NCBI GenBank assembly: GCA_039024555.1
Contig: JBCCQQ010000040.1
Span: 1-56,973 of the forward strand
Source: Cyanobacteria bacterium P01_D01_bin.156
GTDB taxonomy: Bacteria; Cyanobacteriota; Cyanobacteriia; Phormidesmidales; Phormidesmidaceae
Direction: 5' to 3'
Length of the DNA stretch: 56,973 nucleotides
The position numbers and the translations under genes are program-made. Below, piece after piece: positions 31,397-42,432 of this stretch; position 1 is the stretch's first letter; the number at the start of each line of letters is the position of its first letter. Under the pieces are notes generated by a model. The model did no database searches and was not told the DNA's origin. It saw only the letters and a list, made by a program, of their open reading frames with translations.

Positions 31397-32833
31397 TTAG
31401 ACCGTTTGACGTGGTAAACGTTTTACAGGTAGCGCCTCTACCGATGGCGACAGCCATAGATAGGTGTGCATTCTTCCTCGACCTTTGACGTCAATACAGC
31501 CCCGATCTTCAAAAAGAAATTTATCTTTGAGTAGTTCATAGGTGTCGGCACTAACTTGAATGCGATCCTCAACGCCATGGGATTCCATCCGACTGGCAAT
31601 ATTGACAGCATCTCCCCATAGGTCGTAGCTAAATTTCTTTTTACCAATGACACCAGCCACCACTGGCCCGGTGTTGATGCCAATGCGTAGCTGTAAGCCG
31701 TGCTCTTTAACAGCCGCTTGCATATCGATGGCCATAGACATAACCGCGATCGCATGGTTTTCCATGGGGGCAGGCACTCCACCCACTACCATGTAGGCAT
31801 CGCCAATGGTTTTAATCTTTTCTAGACCGTGGTGTTCTGCCAAAGCATCAAAGACAGAAAAAATATCGTTGAGTCGACAGACAAGTTTAGTCGGTGCCGT
31901 GTGGGCAGCTAGTTCAGTAAATCCCACGATATCGGCAAATAAGATGGTGACATTTTCAAATCGAGAGGCTATGGCAACACGGTTGGAAAGATCATTTTTA
32001 AGTCGATGTGCGATCGCAGACGGTAACACATTGCGTAGCAAAGCCTCTGTTTTCTCCTGTTCACTACGGAGGGCTGTCTCTGCCTGCTGGCGTTCCTGCA
32101 CCTCTTGAGAAATCTGTCCAAACATGGACGCAAAGGCCTGAATCACCTCCCCCAGCTCACCGCGCCAGGCATGCTTTAAACTCTTGAACTCCGCTAGGTT
32201 AGGTTGATTGACCACCGTAGCCGCCTGACATAAATCGTCTCGCAACAGCAGCAATGGATGAATCACCATGCGCCCCAACAAAATAATTGTTACCAGGGTC
32301 AGGGCAGCAGAGATTAAAACAACAATGCAAAAAATACCAATGGAATACTGCACCATATAGCGTTTTACTGAGGCGGCATCATGGCGAATAACCAGCACAT
32401 AGCGCTCTTCAAACTGGCGGCTGGGCCAAGCCACATCGTATCGGGTATTGCCAGCCGTCAACAGCCGCTGAATCTGATCTAAGCCTCCTGCTGCTGCCAT
32501 CAATTCGGGGGTTTCACCAAATGCGTCCACAACCTGGCCTTGGCTGTCGTAGAGAGCGGCTCCCAAAATAATAGTGTCAGGACTGAGGTTCGCCTGGGCC
32601 GAGGCTAGCAGCTGGGTGGACAGCATGTCATTCATAACATTGGCCTTGAGGGTGAGCAGCACCTCTTCTGAAACTGCTTCTAACTCGCGGAGTTTATCGG
32701 CTCGGCGTTGAAAATAGGACGGAATAAAAATAACAAATTCAATTGCCACAAGGCTCAAGAAAATTGACAAAACAACCTTCCGAGACAGTTGGGACTTCAT
32801 CAACCCCAACAACATCTGTAAACCCCTAACCAT
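31397..32833 (-). CDS. Membrane-bound class III adenylate/guanylate cyclase
   Basis: ILFADIVGFT, KIKTIGDAYM, YDLWGDAVNIASRMES; two TMs and a HAMP-like linker. Confidence 0.93.
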   Translation of the reverse strand: MVRGLQMLLGLMKSQLSRKVVLSIFLSLVAIEFVIFIPSYFQRRADKLRELEAVSEEVLLTLKANVMNDMLSTQLLASAQANLSPDTIILGAALYDSQGQVVDAFGETPELMAAAGGLDQIQRLLTAGNTRYDVAWPSRQFEERYVLVIRHDAASVKRYMVQYSIGIFCIVVLISAALTLVTIILLGRMVIHPLLLLRDDLCQAATVVNQPNLAEFKSLKHAWRGELGEVIQAFASMFGQISQEVQERQQAETALRSEQEKTEALLRNVLPSAIAHRLKNDLSNRVAIASRFENVTILFADIVGFTELAAHTAPTKLVCRLNDIFSVFDALAEHHGLEKIKTIGDAYMVVGGVPAPMENHAIAVMSMAIDMQAAVKEHGLQLRIGINTGPVVAGVIGKKKFSYDLWGDAVNIASRMESHGVEDRIQVSADTYELLKDKFLFEDRGCIDVKGRGRMHTYLWLSPSVEALPVKRLPRQTV

Positions 32834-33188
32834 GGTTACCGTTAACCGCCACTCACAACGAACATATAAAAGTGCTCCACCGCTACCCCTTTCGATTCCC
32901 CTAAGGATGCACTACCAAGTTAACCGTCACTGATTGCAGAGGAAGACACGATCCGTAGACCCTTTTAGGATGTAGAACAGAACTTTAAAGGATTAGAATC
33001 ATCCCAAGGATTAGCAAAATCCCGAGTGATAAACGATGAGTTCCCTGAGGGCTCAATCTTACACAGGATAGCTGAGTTATTCCTGAACGCTCGGCAAGGC
33101 TTCCCTAAGAAGGCACTCTCCGCAAACCAAACCATTGCGTTATCCTTATGAAGATTCACCCTCAATTTCAGGAAACTAGGCAACCGCT

Positions 33189-34667
33189 ATGACCCTTGCT
33201 GCTGCGCCACTGTCATCCCTACGCCTAAAGGAAATTCCCAGTCAAACCTACCAGGCGGCCCCCGATCGGTTTGATGCCTCCTGGGGAGCCCCCCTATCCA
33301 CCTTATTAGGTCTGGGTCGAGCGGCCGGGGCAGACTTTATTGAATTCTTTTTAGAGCGAACTAACTACATCAGCTGTTTAGCTGAGGATGACGCCATTAC
33401 CAGCATTTCCCCCAGATTAACCACCGGGGCAGGGGTACGGGTTTTCAAAGGTAAAGCTGATTGTTACGTCAGCACCAACGATGTCAGTTTCCACGGTCTC
33501 AAAGCAGCCTTGGAAAAAGGGCTGTCCATTATGGGATTGCTGCTGCCCGCCACATCGGCCTATGTCCCCGAGGTGACCCTAGAAATGTTTCGGGACTACG
33601 GTAACACTAAGGAAAATTGGCTAACCAACTGTAGCTCCATGCAGGCCATGGGGGATGTTCTGCTGGGGGCAAATGCATCGGTAGCCAAAGTTGCCAATCA
33701 TCTACAGGCACGCCGCACTAGCTATTTTAGAGACTGGCAAGAGGTGCTAGTAGCCAGCAGCGACGGCACATTTGCTCGCGACATTCGGTTAACGCAGTCG
33801 GTAGGCACCAACGTACTGTGCGCCGACGGCGACCACCGCTCCTCTATTGGGCAGCGTCTGGGGAATACTAGTGACCCTAGTTTTCTTACCGCCTGGGACT
33901 ATGGCACCACAGCCGAGGAACTAGCTGAGTCCGCTGGCAAAATGCTCTATGCCGACTATGTGGAGTCAGGTTCCTATCCAATTATTATGGCCAACCACTT
34001 TGGTGGCGTGATTTTCCACGAAGCCTGTGGTCACCTGTTAGAAACCACCCAGATTGAACGGGGTACTACGCCATTTATTGATAAGAAAGGCGAAAAGATT
34101 GCCCACGAGAGTTTAACCGCCTGGGATGAAGGGCGTTCTACAGAATCCTTTGGCACCATCGATATGGATGATGAGGGCATGCCCGCCCAGCGGACCCTGC
34201 TAATCGAAAATGGCGTGCTGAAGAACTTTTTGTCGGACCGAGCGGGAGAAATGCGCACGGGACATCCCAGAACGGGCAGCGGTCGGCGTCAAAACTACAC
34301 GTTCTCTGCGGCTTCTCGCATGCGCAACACCTATATTGATGCGGGTGAGTATAGCCTGGACGACCTATTTGCCTCAGTGGATAAGGGAATTTACTGCAAA
34401 AAGATGGGGGGCGGTAGCGTTGGCCCCACAGGGCAGTTTAACTTTGCCGTGGATGAAGCCTACCTGGTGGAAAATGGAAAAATCACCCGTCCTCTAAAGG
34501 GAGCTACGTTAATTGGGGAAGCGGTGGACATTATGCAAAAAATCTCCATGTGCTCCCAGGATTTGAGCCTAGCCCCTGGTTTCTGTGGCTCCATCAGCGG
34601 CAGTGTATATGTCACCGTTGGGCAGCCCCACATCAAGGTGGACAATATCACCGTAGGTGGTCGATAA
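33189..34667 (+). CDS. tldD: TldD metalloprotease
   Basis: FHEACGH, DDEG, RMRNTY, GFCGS..VGQP. Confidence 0.92.
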   Translation: MTLAAAPLSSLRLKEIPSQTYQAAPDRFDASWGAPLSTLLGLGRAAGADFIEFFLERTNYISCLAEDDAITSISPRLTTGAGVRVFKGKADCYVSTNDVSFHGLKAALEKGLSIMGLLLPATSAYVPEVTLEMFRDYGNTKENWLTNCSSMQAMGDVLLGANASVAKVANHLQARRTSYFRDWQEVLVASSDGTFARDIRLTQSVGTNVLCADGDHRSSIGQRLGNTSDPSFLTAWDYGTTAEELAESAGKMLYADYVESGSYPIIMANHFGGVIFHEACGHLLETTQIERGTTPFIDKKGEKIAHESLTAWDEGRSTESFGTIDMDDEGMPAQRTLLIENGVLKNFLSDRAGEMRTGHPRTGSGRRQNYTFSAASRMRNTYIDAGEYSLDDLFASVDKGIYCKKMGGGSVGPTGQFNFAVDEAYLVENGKITRPLKGATLIGEAVDIMQKISMCSQDLSLAPGFCGSISGSVYVTVGQPHIKVDNITVGGR

Positions 34668-34674
34668 CCCCCCT

Positions 34675-34790
34675 AGAAACCGGTTCTTATGCCAGGATCT
34701 TTTGTCTAGCTACGGCATATTCAAAAACCCGGTTTCTGCCAGGATTCTTTGTTTTGTTACGCCGTATTCAAGAACCCGGTTTCTGCCAGA
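34675..34790. repeat. Three ~47-bp-spaced palindromic repeats between tldD and pmbA
   Basis: agaaaccggttct..gccaggat, aaaaacccggtttctgccaggat, agaacccggtttctgccaga. Confidence 0.75.
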
Positions 34791-34843
34791 ACCAACATTC
34801 ATACAACAACAGTCTCTTCAAACCCCACCGTTATTGTTAACCC

Positions 34844-36184
34844 ATGTCGAAAGTCACTGAGATTTCTAGCAACGCCCAGACCATTGCCCAGCGTCTGGGT
34901 ATCACCAAGTACGACATTTACGGCGCCACCACTGACAGCACTAGCGTACAGGTAGATAAGGGAGAGCCCAAACAGGTAAAAGCCTCCAACCGTGCCAGCG
35001 TTACCGTACGTGTGTGGAACGAACAGGGGCGTTTGGGGATTACCTCTACAACAGATGTGGATGAGCGCGGTCTGGAACTCGCCCTTAAAACAGCCTCAGA
35101 GGCGACTGCTTTTGGAGCCACCGAGAACATTCCTGACTTTAGCCCCGAGGCTACAGCCCCTCTACCGAAAGTGGATGTAGCTCTCGCCGAACCAGCCCCG
35201 GTAAACACCCTCATTGAGCGGCTAGTCAAGGCAGAACAGGCATTGTTGAATGCCCACGATGCGATCGCAAGTGTGCCCTACAATGGCATTTCCCAAAACG
35301 CTGTAGAACATTTTTATATCAACAGTAACGGTGCGCAGCGCAGCGAAGAACTCACCTCCGCATCGGTGTATCTTTACACCAAAACTGAGCAGGAAGGTCG
35401 TAAACCCCGTTCCGGCAGTGCCGTCCGCATTGGCATTGGGCCCGATAAATTAGATATTGACGGTTGTTTACAGGAAGCCACCGACAAAACCCTAAGCCAC
35501 CTAGATTACGAAAAAATTGAATCAGGTAAGTATCGAATAGTCTTTTCTCCCGAAGCTTTCTTAAGTCTGGTGCGAGCCTTTGGCAACCTTTACAACGCCC
35601 AAAGCGTTCTAGATAAGCGCAGTCTATCCACCGCTGACAGTCTTAACACAGTTGTTGCTTCACCGCTATTGTCGGTATACGACGATGCCCTCCATTCTGG
35701 CAACATCAGTCCAGAAACCTTTGACGGAGAAGGCACCCCCACCCGACGGCTACCCATTATTGAAAATGGCGTACTCACCAGTTTTCTCCATAGTGCTGGC
35801 ACCGCCAAACGTATGGGAGCCAAACCCACTGGCCATGCCAGCATTGGGGCTAAAGTTAGCGTAAGTTCGAATTTTCTCCACATTACCCAGGGAGAATCTA
35901 CAGACACCAGCTATGACCTAAAAACTGCCGAAAACGTCATCTTGATTGATGAACTCCAGGCACTCCATGCGGGTGTTAATGCTTTACAGGGGTCATTTTC
36001 TCTACCCTTTGATGGTTGGTTGGTAAACAAGGGCCAGCGCACCAGCATTGAATCTGCCACCGTAGCTGGAGATTTTCGTCAGTTGCTACAATCGATTATT
36101 TATGTCTCCCCTGAGGAAAAAGTCACCCCCAGTGGTGTGGCACCCCATGTGTGGGTAGACAGTTTGTCGATTACGGGGGAGTAG
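34844..36184 (+). CDS. pmbA: PmbA/TldE protein
   Basis: FDGEGTP, GSFSLP; no HExxxH; directly follows tldD. Confidence 0.9.
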   Translation: MSKVTEISSNAQTIAQRLGITKYDIYGATTDSTSVQVDKGEPKQVKASNRASVTVRVWNEQGRLGITSTTDVDERGLELALKTASEATAFGATENIPDFSPEATAPLPKVDVALAEPAPVNTLIERLVKAEQALLNAHDAIASVPYNGISQNAVEHFYINSNGAQRSEELTSASVYLYTKTEQEGRKPRSGSAVRIGIGPDKLDIDGCLQEATDKTLSHLDYEKIESGKYRIVFSPEAFLSLVRAFGNLYNAQSVLDKRSLSTADSLNTVVASPLLSVYDDALHSGNISPETFDGEGTPTRRLPIIENGVLTSFLHSAGTAKRMGAKPTGHASIGAKVSVSSNFLHITQGESTDTSYDLKTAENVILIDELQALHAGVNALQGSFSLPFDGWLVNKGQRTSIESATVAGDFRQLLQSIIYVSPEEKVTPSGVAPHVWVDSLSITGE

Positions 36185-36443
36185 TATCTTGAAAAAGAGG
36201 ATACCAATTTAAGTCAAGAAATCTCGGCTGGGTAGGGCTGAATTTGAAATTCAGAAGTTGGAAAGGGAGGGCATTGGAATTCCGACTTGCAAACTTTTAG
36301 ATACTTAGAGAATAGTCCTGCTTTATACTGGTTGCCAAGAACAGAGACTATTTAAGCGGATCAAGAGGTCCTAAAGTTGAAACATTTAGAGGCTATTCAC
36401 GGTCATACGTGGTAGCACCTACTGTCTTACTGATGCGGTAAGT

Positions 36444-38234
36444 ATGACAATTCCTACAAGTTCATCTGAGGAAACGAGTTTTCCTGACTTTTCTGGCTAC
36501 GGTTATGAGGTTCTGTCCGAGCTGGGAGCCAATCGCGCCGGGGGACGAGTAACCTATCTAGCCACAAGGTTAGAGACCCAAGAGCCAGTAGTGATCAAAC
36601 AATTTCAGTTTGCTCGCTCCTCAGCTAACTGGGTGGACTATGACTCGTTAGGCCAAGAAATCCAGGTTCTTAAAGACTTACAGCATCCCGGTATTCCTAA
36701 GTATTTAGGTTTTTTCCAAGCGTCAGACGGTATGTGCATGGTGCAGGAATATAAGCCTGCTAAAAGCTTGGCAGAACCTCGCAGCTTTAGCCCAGAGGCG
36801 ATTCGGCAGATTGCGATCGCATGCCTAGAGATTCTCGCCTACTTACAGAGTCGTATTCCCCCCATTATCCACCGCGACTTTAAGCCCGCCAATATCCTTG
36901 TTAGCAAAAATATTAATGTTTACTTGGTGGACTTTGGGTTTGCCCGGATCGGCGATGGTGAAGTAGGCGTCAGTAGTGTGGTCAAAGGAACCCTGGGCTT
37001 TATGCCACCGGAGCAAATTTTTAATCGGCAGCTTACCGAAGCATCAGACCTCTATGGGTTAGGCATGACCTTAATCTGCCTGCTGACCAACACGCCTGCT
37101 AACCAAGTAGGCAGCCTAGTGGACATTACCTACCAAGTAGACTTTAAGCAGCTTAAGGGCGATCTAAGTCCACACTGGATCAAGTGGCTTGAAAAAATGG
37201 TCGATCCACGGCTAAACAAACGCTTTGCCAACGCGAGAGAAGCCCTAGACAGCATTCCAGAACACGGACTGCGCCAACCCGAAATTCGCACAGATGTTAG
37301 CAGCTTTGCCCTCACAGCGCGACAGCCCGGAGAAGTTCTCACAACGGCCATTACCTTAAATAATTTGGTGCCAGAAACTATCCTCAAAGGAGATTGGCAA
37401 GTTTCCACCGATGCCAACGATCCGATTAACGAGGGCACCCACAGCTGGATTCACTTCTCTCCAAAAACCTTTAGTGGGAATACCATCACCACCCAAATTC
37501 AGATCCAGACAAATCAACTGATGCGGGGACAAACCTATGAGCGACAGCTATTGCTTAAAAGCAATGCGCATCCAGGGGTATACCCTTTTGTTCTGACGGT
37601 TAAAACAGCTCCGCTACCGTTTAACAATCAGTATGATTCTTATCCGATAATTCTCGGATTACTGATCGCCAGCTGGATCACCGCATGGATTATGACCTCC
37701 CTGATACCAGACATAACTATTGGACCAGGGGTACTTAATACGCTGTGTATTCTTGCTCTGTTTGGTAGCGGTCTCGGATTACAGATTGCCGGATGGCTAC
37801 TTCATGAAGCCAAACTAAATTCTCCTTCAGCCCGCATAGTTTTAATGTCAGGAGCCTGTGTCATAGCGGTAGTTGCCCCCTTATCTCTAAGTTTAACCAC
37901 TACCCTAATTGACGGCATTACAGCAACCGTCACGACTGGATTAGGGATATTTGGCAGCAGCGTGGTAGGTATAATGGCTGGCACAGCCTTGAATCGTTTT
38001 TGGACAAGGGGCTTTGAACCCAAGTTTGCTATTGGCTTATCATTGCTAACAGCACTGCTAGGCACTAGTTTAGGTTTGGGAAAAGGCTTAGCATTCAGTA
38101 GTCCCTGGTTTACCTTTGGGTTAATTTCTAACGCTGTGGGTCTTGGTACCATGCTAATTTATTTACCGATTCAGCGGGCCAATGCCATTGCTAACTATCG
38201 TCGTCGTGTGGAACGGCGATTGATTCGCCCATAG
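36444..38234 (+). CDS. Ser/Thr protein kinase with C-terminal multi-TM region
   Basis: VVIKQF, IIHRDFKPANIL, DFG, GTLGFMPPEQ, SDLYGLG. Confidence 0.93.
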   Translation: MTIPTSSSEETSFPDFSGYGYEVLSELGANRAGGRVTYLATRLETQEPVVIKQFQFARSSANWVDYDSLGQEIQVLKDLQHPGIPKYLGFFQASDGMCMVQEYKPAKSLAEPRSFSPEAIRQIAIACLEILAYLQSRIPPIIHRDFKPANILVSKNINVYLVDFGFARIGDGEVGVSSVVKGTLGFMPPEQIFNRQLTEASDLYGLGMTLICLLTNTPANQVGSLVDITYQVDFKQLKGDLSPHWIKWLEKMVDPRLNKRFANAREALDSIPEHGLRQPEIRTDVSSFALTARQPGEVLTTAITLNNLVPETILKGDWQVSTDANDPINEGTHSWIHFSPKTFSGNTITTQIQIQTNQLMRGQTYERQLLLKSNAHPGVYPFVLTVKTAPLPFNNQYDSYPIILGLLIASWITAWIMTSLIPDITIGPGVLNTLCILALFGSGLGLQIAGWLLHEAKLNSPSARIVLMSGACVIAVVAPLSLSLTTTLIDGITATVTTGLGIFGSSVVGIMAGTALNRFWTRGFEPKFAIGLSLLTALLGTSLGLGKGLAFSSPWFTFGLISNAVGLGTMLIYLPIQRANAIANYRRRVERRLIRP

Positions 38235-38416
38235 ATGAATCAATCCTAAGCATTAAATTTCTATTTACAATGTCGGCTGGTCTTGGCTCCCATTAGGGAA
38301 TAGAGGCGATAGTATAGGAGTGTTTTGATGGTGCCTTCCATCAGAATATTTTTGTGTTTAATTAGGTCGGTCGACCTTTTGTAAGATACGGGCAGGCTGT
38401 TAATGTCTTAGGCGTT

Positions 38417-38451
38417 AGCCCCCAAACTCCCAATTCTGAGGACTTTGAGTT
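38417..38451 (-). repeat. REP-like family 2 copy
   Basis: Reverse complement aactcaaagtcctcagaattgggagtttgggggct matches the copies at 2451 and 2957. Confidence 0.7.
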
Positions 38452-38534
38452 GAGCCTTCCAGTGTCGGGAAAGATTTAATATCTGATATTCGATTGGGAC
38501 TACAAGTTCTAGGCAGCTTTGAGGGATTTATCTA

Positions 38535-39014
38535 ATGGCACTTCGCAAACTGACACCCTTTATTGTGTTTGGCATGCTAATGGTTGCGGGCAGAGCTTCG
38601 GCCCACATGGTGGAGACTAACTATGTACTTGAGCAGTTTGCGGATGCTGACTCCGAGCAGGTGTTAAGGATGCAAAGCACCTTTAGCAATGGTGCTCCGC
38701 TAAAGGGCGCCAAAGTAAATGTGTATTCCCCGAATAATCCGGTGACGCCGTGGAAACAAGGAGTTACCGATGGCGAAGGTCGGTTTAGTTTTAGCCCTGA
38801 TGAGTCACTGCCAGGGGATTGGGAAGTGACCATTCGGCAGCAGGGCCATGGGGATATTTTGACGGTGCCTGTTGATGAAGCTGGTGTGACATCTGAATTG
38901 ATTAGTGATGCTGGTGGCGATGACATCCACTACAGCACCACATCTTATCTAGGTTGGATTCTCTCCCTAGGTACTCTGGTTACTTTAGGTTTAGTGCGTC
39001 GTTTTACTCGGTAG
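38535..39014 (+). CDS. Exported carboxypeptidase-regulatory-like (transthyretin-fold) protein, possibly a metal-transport accessory
   Basis: Signal ..ASAH, G.TDGEGRFSF.P...GDW.V, GHG, C-terminal TM plus basic tail. Confidence 0.65.
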   Translation: MALRKLTPFIVFGMLMVAGRASAHMVETNYVLEQFADADSEQVLRMQSTFSNGAPLKGAKVNVYSPNNPVTPWKQGVTDGEGRFSFSPDESLPGDWEVTIRQQGHGDILTVPVDEAGVTSELISDAGGDDIHYSTTSYLGWILSLGTLVTLGLVRRFTR

Positions 39015-39307
39015 TTTTTTCTATCAAGCAAATAAATTCTGAGCTATGCTGGCGGCACCAGACAACAACATTTCATCTTTTGACTTATGCTCAGTGGCCG
39101 TGAGTTTCTATTTTTGAAATTAATGGAAACAGAAACGCCTGGCGATGGCGTTTGTTACAGCCGTTTCAATCTGTTCTCACTTCTTAACCAGGGAAACGAT
39201 TTGTATAGAGTTTTGCAAGGATTGAGGCAGTTAGGCCAGTTGGCGATCTCAGCTCCTTAAGGGAAGTGCGTGAAAATAAGACACCTTAATAAGGCTTGGC
39301 GATACCT

Positions 39308-39410
39308 GGTTCCCCTTGCCAAGGGGAACCGTCGGGGAGGGGTCTGGAAAACTAGCGCAAATGGCCGAAGACCCCTCCGCCTAAGGCACCTCCCCTTGTT
39401 AAGGGGAGGA
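39308..39410. repeat. Orphan inverted doublet of REP-like family 1
   Basis: ggttccccttgccaaggggaacc..ggggtct, spacer, then gaagacccctccgcctaaggcacctccccttgttaaggggagg, nearly identical to 54065-54107. Confidence 0.85.
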
Positions 39411-39457
39411 CGTTGCTTAATAAAATCCTGCTTGGAATTTTATTTTTGTGCAATCGC

Positions 39458-40084
39458 CTAACCAAGCTTACAAATACTGTCCTGCAGCTCGGCCAAATCC
39501 GTATACTGGTCTGCCAAATCAATCAGCGTATCGCTGGTCATCGACTGCAAACTCACCAGCTCCACCCGCACACCGCGATAGCTTAAAGCATCCACAGCAT
39601 AGGTCAAATGACCATCGCCACTCAGCAGTGTAATCGTATCGCAGTGGTCCGCTAGCTTGAGCATATCCACCGCCATTTCCACATGCAGGTTCGCCCGCCG
39701 TGACCCATCTGCCACCTGAGCCAAGTCCTTACTAATCACCCGGTAACCATGACGGCTCAGCCATAGCAAAAAGCCCCGCTGCTTTTCATTTTTAGGATCT
39801 ACACCAGTGTAAAAATAAGAACGTAGCAACCGCCGATGCCCCACCAGCGTCTGTAGTAGACGAATGTAGTCCACCTCGATGCCTAAATAGGACGCAGAGT
39901 AAAACAAATTCGCACCATCAACTAAAACCGCCATGCGCTCGCCACGACTATCCGGCAGTTGACCTTGCAAATGGGGGGCAAAGAATCCCTCAGACGATAA
40001 CCTTAATCCGTTACTAGCCAAACGATCGACTGAGCCATTGGATGCCGCACGAGCAGACCCATTACGTTCAATATTATTTGCCAT
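39458..40084 (-). CDS. NYN-domain (LabA/DUF88) protein
   Basis: VLVDGANLFY, VEMAVDM, LLSGDG, LIDLADQY. Confidence 0.9.
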   Translation of the reverse strand: MANNIERNGSARAASNGSVDRLASNGLRLSSEGFFAPHLQGQLPDSRGERMAVLVDGANLFYSASYLGIEVDYIRLLQTLVGHRRLLRSYFYTGVDPKNEKQRGFLLWLSRHGYRVISKDLAQVADGSRRANLHVEMAVDMLKLADHCDTITLLSGDGHLTYAVDALSYRGVRVELVSLQSMTSDTLIDLADQYTDLAELQDSICKLG

Positions 40085-40347
40085 AGAAGTTGATAGCAGC
40101 TAACTCTCCGCCCTGTTCAATACAGGCTGATATATTGAGAATAGTACGAAAAATTAATTATTTCTTAAGATTTTATCATAATCTTCGAATTTTTATTCAT
40201 TGAAACTTGCTGAAATCCTTTCTAGTCAAGACTTAGAGCTATCTATTACAAAAACTCAATGTAGCCACCGTATTACCTTGTTTTATTCCCTAGGTTGTGA
40301 ATTTCAGCTACAAGGCTATACATTACCTGGGATGCCGCTCACACACT

Positions 40348-41964
40348 ATGAAACGATTTACTCAGCTTTTCCAAGCGGTGGATGCAACAACATCCACCAA
40401 TGCAAAAGTAGCGGCTCTACAGCAATATTTTGCCGATGAACCTGCTGAAAATGCTGTTTGGGCACTTTACCTGTTTCTGGGTAAAACCCGTAAGCGTTTG
40501 ATTACGTCACGGGTGCTTCGGGACATTTTTTTAGAGACATCGGATATCCCTGAATGGCTATTTGCCGCTAGCTACTCCCATGTGGGTGACTCCGCTGAAA
40601 CCATTGCTCTCCTGCTGGAGGATACCCCTCTACCAGCCGCTGAACCAGCTTTTCAAGAGCAGCCTTTACACCACTGGTTAGAAACCATTATTCCCCAGGT
40701 TAAAACCTGTAGCGAGGAAGAACAACAGCAGCTGATTCTCTCCTGGTGGGCCAGTTTAAACGGCTACGAGGTCTTTGTGCTCAACAAAATACTGACCGGG
40801 GCTTTTCGGGTGGGGGCGTCCAGCAAATTGGTGGTCAAGGCCCTATCGGCAACCCACAATATTCCTGCCGACGTTTTGACCCACCGCCTGATGGGAGACT
40901 TTATTCCCTCGGTAGAGTTTTATCAACAGCTGACTTGTAACGACCTAGAGGAGGCCATTCCCAGTCGCCCCTATCCATTCTTTCTGGCATCTCCCATTGA
41001 TGAGGAAAAGTTTGCCGAGGAAACAATGGCACATTGGCAGGCGGAATGGAAATGGGATGGCATCCGGGCTCAGATGATTTATCGAGCAGGGGAACATTTT
41101 ATTTGGTCGCGGGGTGAAGATTTGATCACTCATCAGTTTCCCGAATTTGCAGAACCGCTCCATCAGCTGCCTGAGGGCACGGTACTGGATGGCGAAATTG
41201 TTTGCTGGGATGGTGAACGGCCCATGAACTTTAACCACCTGCAAAAACGGCTGGGGCGAAAGCGGGTGGGGGCCAAGTTAATGAAGGATAATCCGGTACA
41301 TTTTTTAGCCTATGACCTCCTGGAACATCAGGGGCAAGATATTCGCGAATCCCCTCTCCAGCAGCGACGACAGTTGTTGATAGCTCTGTTGGATGATCTG
41401 TTAGTACAGTCTCCGGAAGCCAATATGAGCTATTCCCAAACCGTGACCTTTGAAACGTTTGAGCAGTTGCAGACGTTACGAGAACAGTCTCGTCAACACC
41501 AGGCGGAGGGGTTAATGCTCAAAGCATTGGCTAGCCCCTATTTAGTCGGACGAAAACGAGGGTATTGGTGGAAATATAAGGTAGAGCCCATGACCCTGGA
41601 TGCGGTGTTAATCTACGCCCAGGCAGGCAGTGGCAAACGGGCCAATTTGTTTACGGACTATACCTTTGCCCTGTGGCATGGCGAAGACTTAGTGCCTTTT
41701 GCCAAAGCTTACTCCGGATTGGATAACAAAGAGATTACCACCCTTGATAAATGGATTCGTCGCCATACCCGTGAGCGGTTTGGTCCCGTGCGCTCTGTTG
41801 AACCCACCCATGTCTTTGAGATTGGATTTGAAGGTATTGCCCGCTCTAATCGGCACAAGTCCGGCATCTCTGTGCGGTTTCCTCGCATTTTGCGCTGGCG
41901 ACAGGATAAGCCTATCCAGGAAGCAGACTCTCTGGAAACTGCCATGGCCTTACTAGAAACGTGA
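40348..41964 (+). CDS. ATP-dependent DNA ligase
   Basis: EWKWDGIRAQ, LDGEI, EGLMLK, WWKYK, VRFPRI; ATG 40348 preferred as start. Confidence 0.95.
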   Translation: MKRFTQLFQAVDATTSTNAKVAALQQYFADEPAENAVWALYLFLGKTRKRLITSRVLRDIFLETSDIPEWLFAASYSHVGDSAETIALLLEDTPLPAAEPAFQEQPLHHWLETIIPQVKTCSEEEQQQLILSWWASLNGYEVFVLNKILTGAFRVGASSKLVVKALSATHNIPADVLTHRLMGDFIPSVEFYQQLTCNDLEEAIPSRPYPFFLASPIDEEKFAEETMAHWQAEWKWDGIRAQMIYRAGEHFIWSRGEDLITHQFPEFAEPLHQLPEGTVLDGEIVCWDGERPMNFNHLQKRLGRKRVGAKLMKDNPVHFLAYDLLEHQGQDIRESPLQQRRQLLIALLDDLLVQSPEANMSYSQTVTFETFEQLQTLREQSRQHQAEGLMLKALASPYLVGRKRGYWWKYKVEPMTLDAVLIYAQAGSGKRANLFTDYTFALWHGEDLVPFAKAYSGLDNKEITTLDKWIRRHTRERFGPVRSVEPTHVFEIGFEGIARSNRHKSGISVRFPRILRWRQDKPIQEADSLETAMALLET

Positions 41965-42127
41965 CAAAAAGTAAGCAAATGCATTTCGCAGGTTGCCCCC
42001 GCACACAGTTGTTGAAAGTTAAGGGCTCTAGCGCGCACCGATGGTTTGAACGATGTACGCAAAGCTATATCACGGTTGACTAGCACAGTAATATTGGTCC
42101 ATTAGCTTTAGACCATGAGTTATCACC

Positions 42128-42385
42128 ATGAGCGAATCTTCTAAGGATGCGGTTAACCCACCGATCAGCGAAGCAACTGTAGAAGCTCAACCCGCTGAGG
42201 TTGAAAATAATGATGTTGCCGAACTAGTGGAACAACTGATTCGTGCCAAACGCTTAACCTATAACCAGTATCAGACCCTATCTAAGATGGTGTTGGCCGA
42301 TGGCACGGTAGATGAACAAGAACGCTGCCAAATTAATCGTCTTTTTGATGCGATTCAAGCCGGTGCCATTCGGATTATGGATTAG
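42128..42385 (+). CDS. Small hypothetical protein
   Basis: 85-aa ORF with ADGTVDEQE..INRLFD. Confidence 0.7.
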   Translation: MSESSKDAVNPPISEATVEAQPAEVENNDVAELVEQLIRAKRLTYNQYQTLSKMVLADGTVDEQERCQINRLFDAIQAGAIRIMD

Positions 42386-42432
42386 ACCCCTCAGAGTGCG
42401 CTGTTTTAGTGTACGGAATTGTTAAAGCAGCA

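Noticed and set aside
38235..38534. Cobalamin riboswitch upstream of the putative metal-transport gene
   Set aside because: No B12-box seen; the structure present is a simple hairpin and a family-2 repeat.
39270..39461. 63-aa ORF
   Set aside because: It is a translation of the family-1 repeat doublet.
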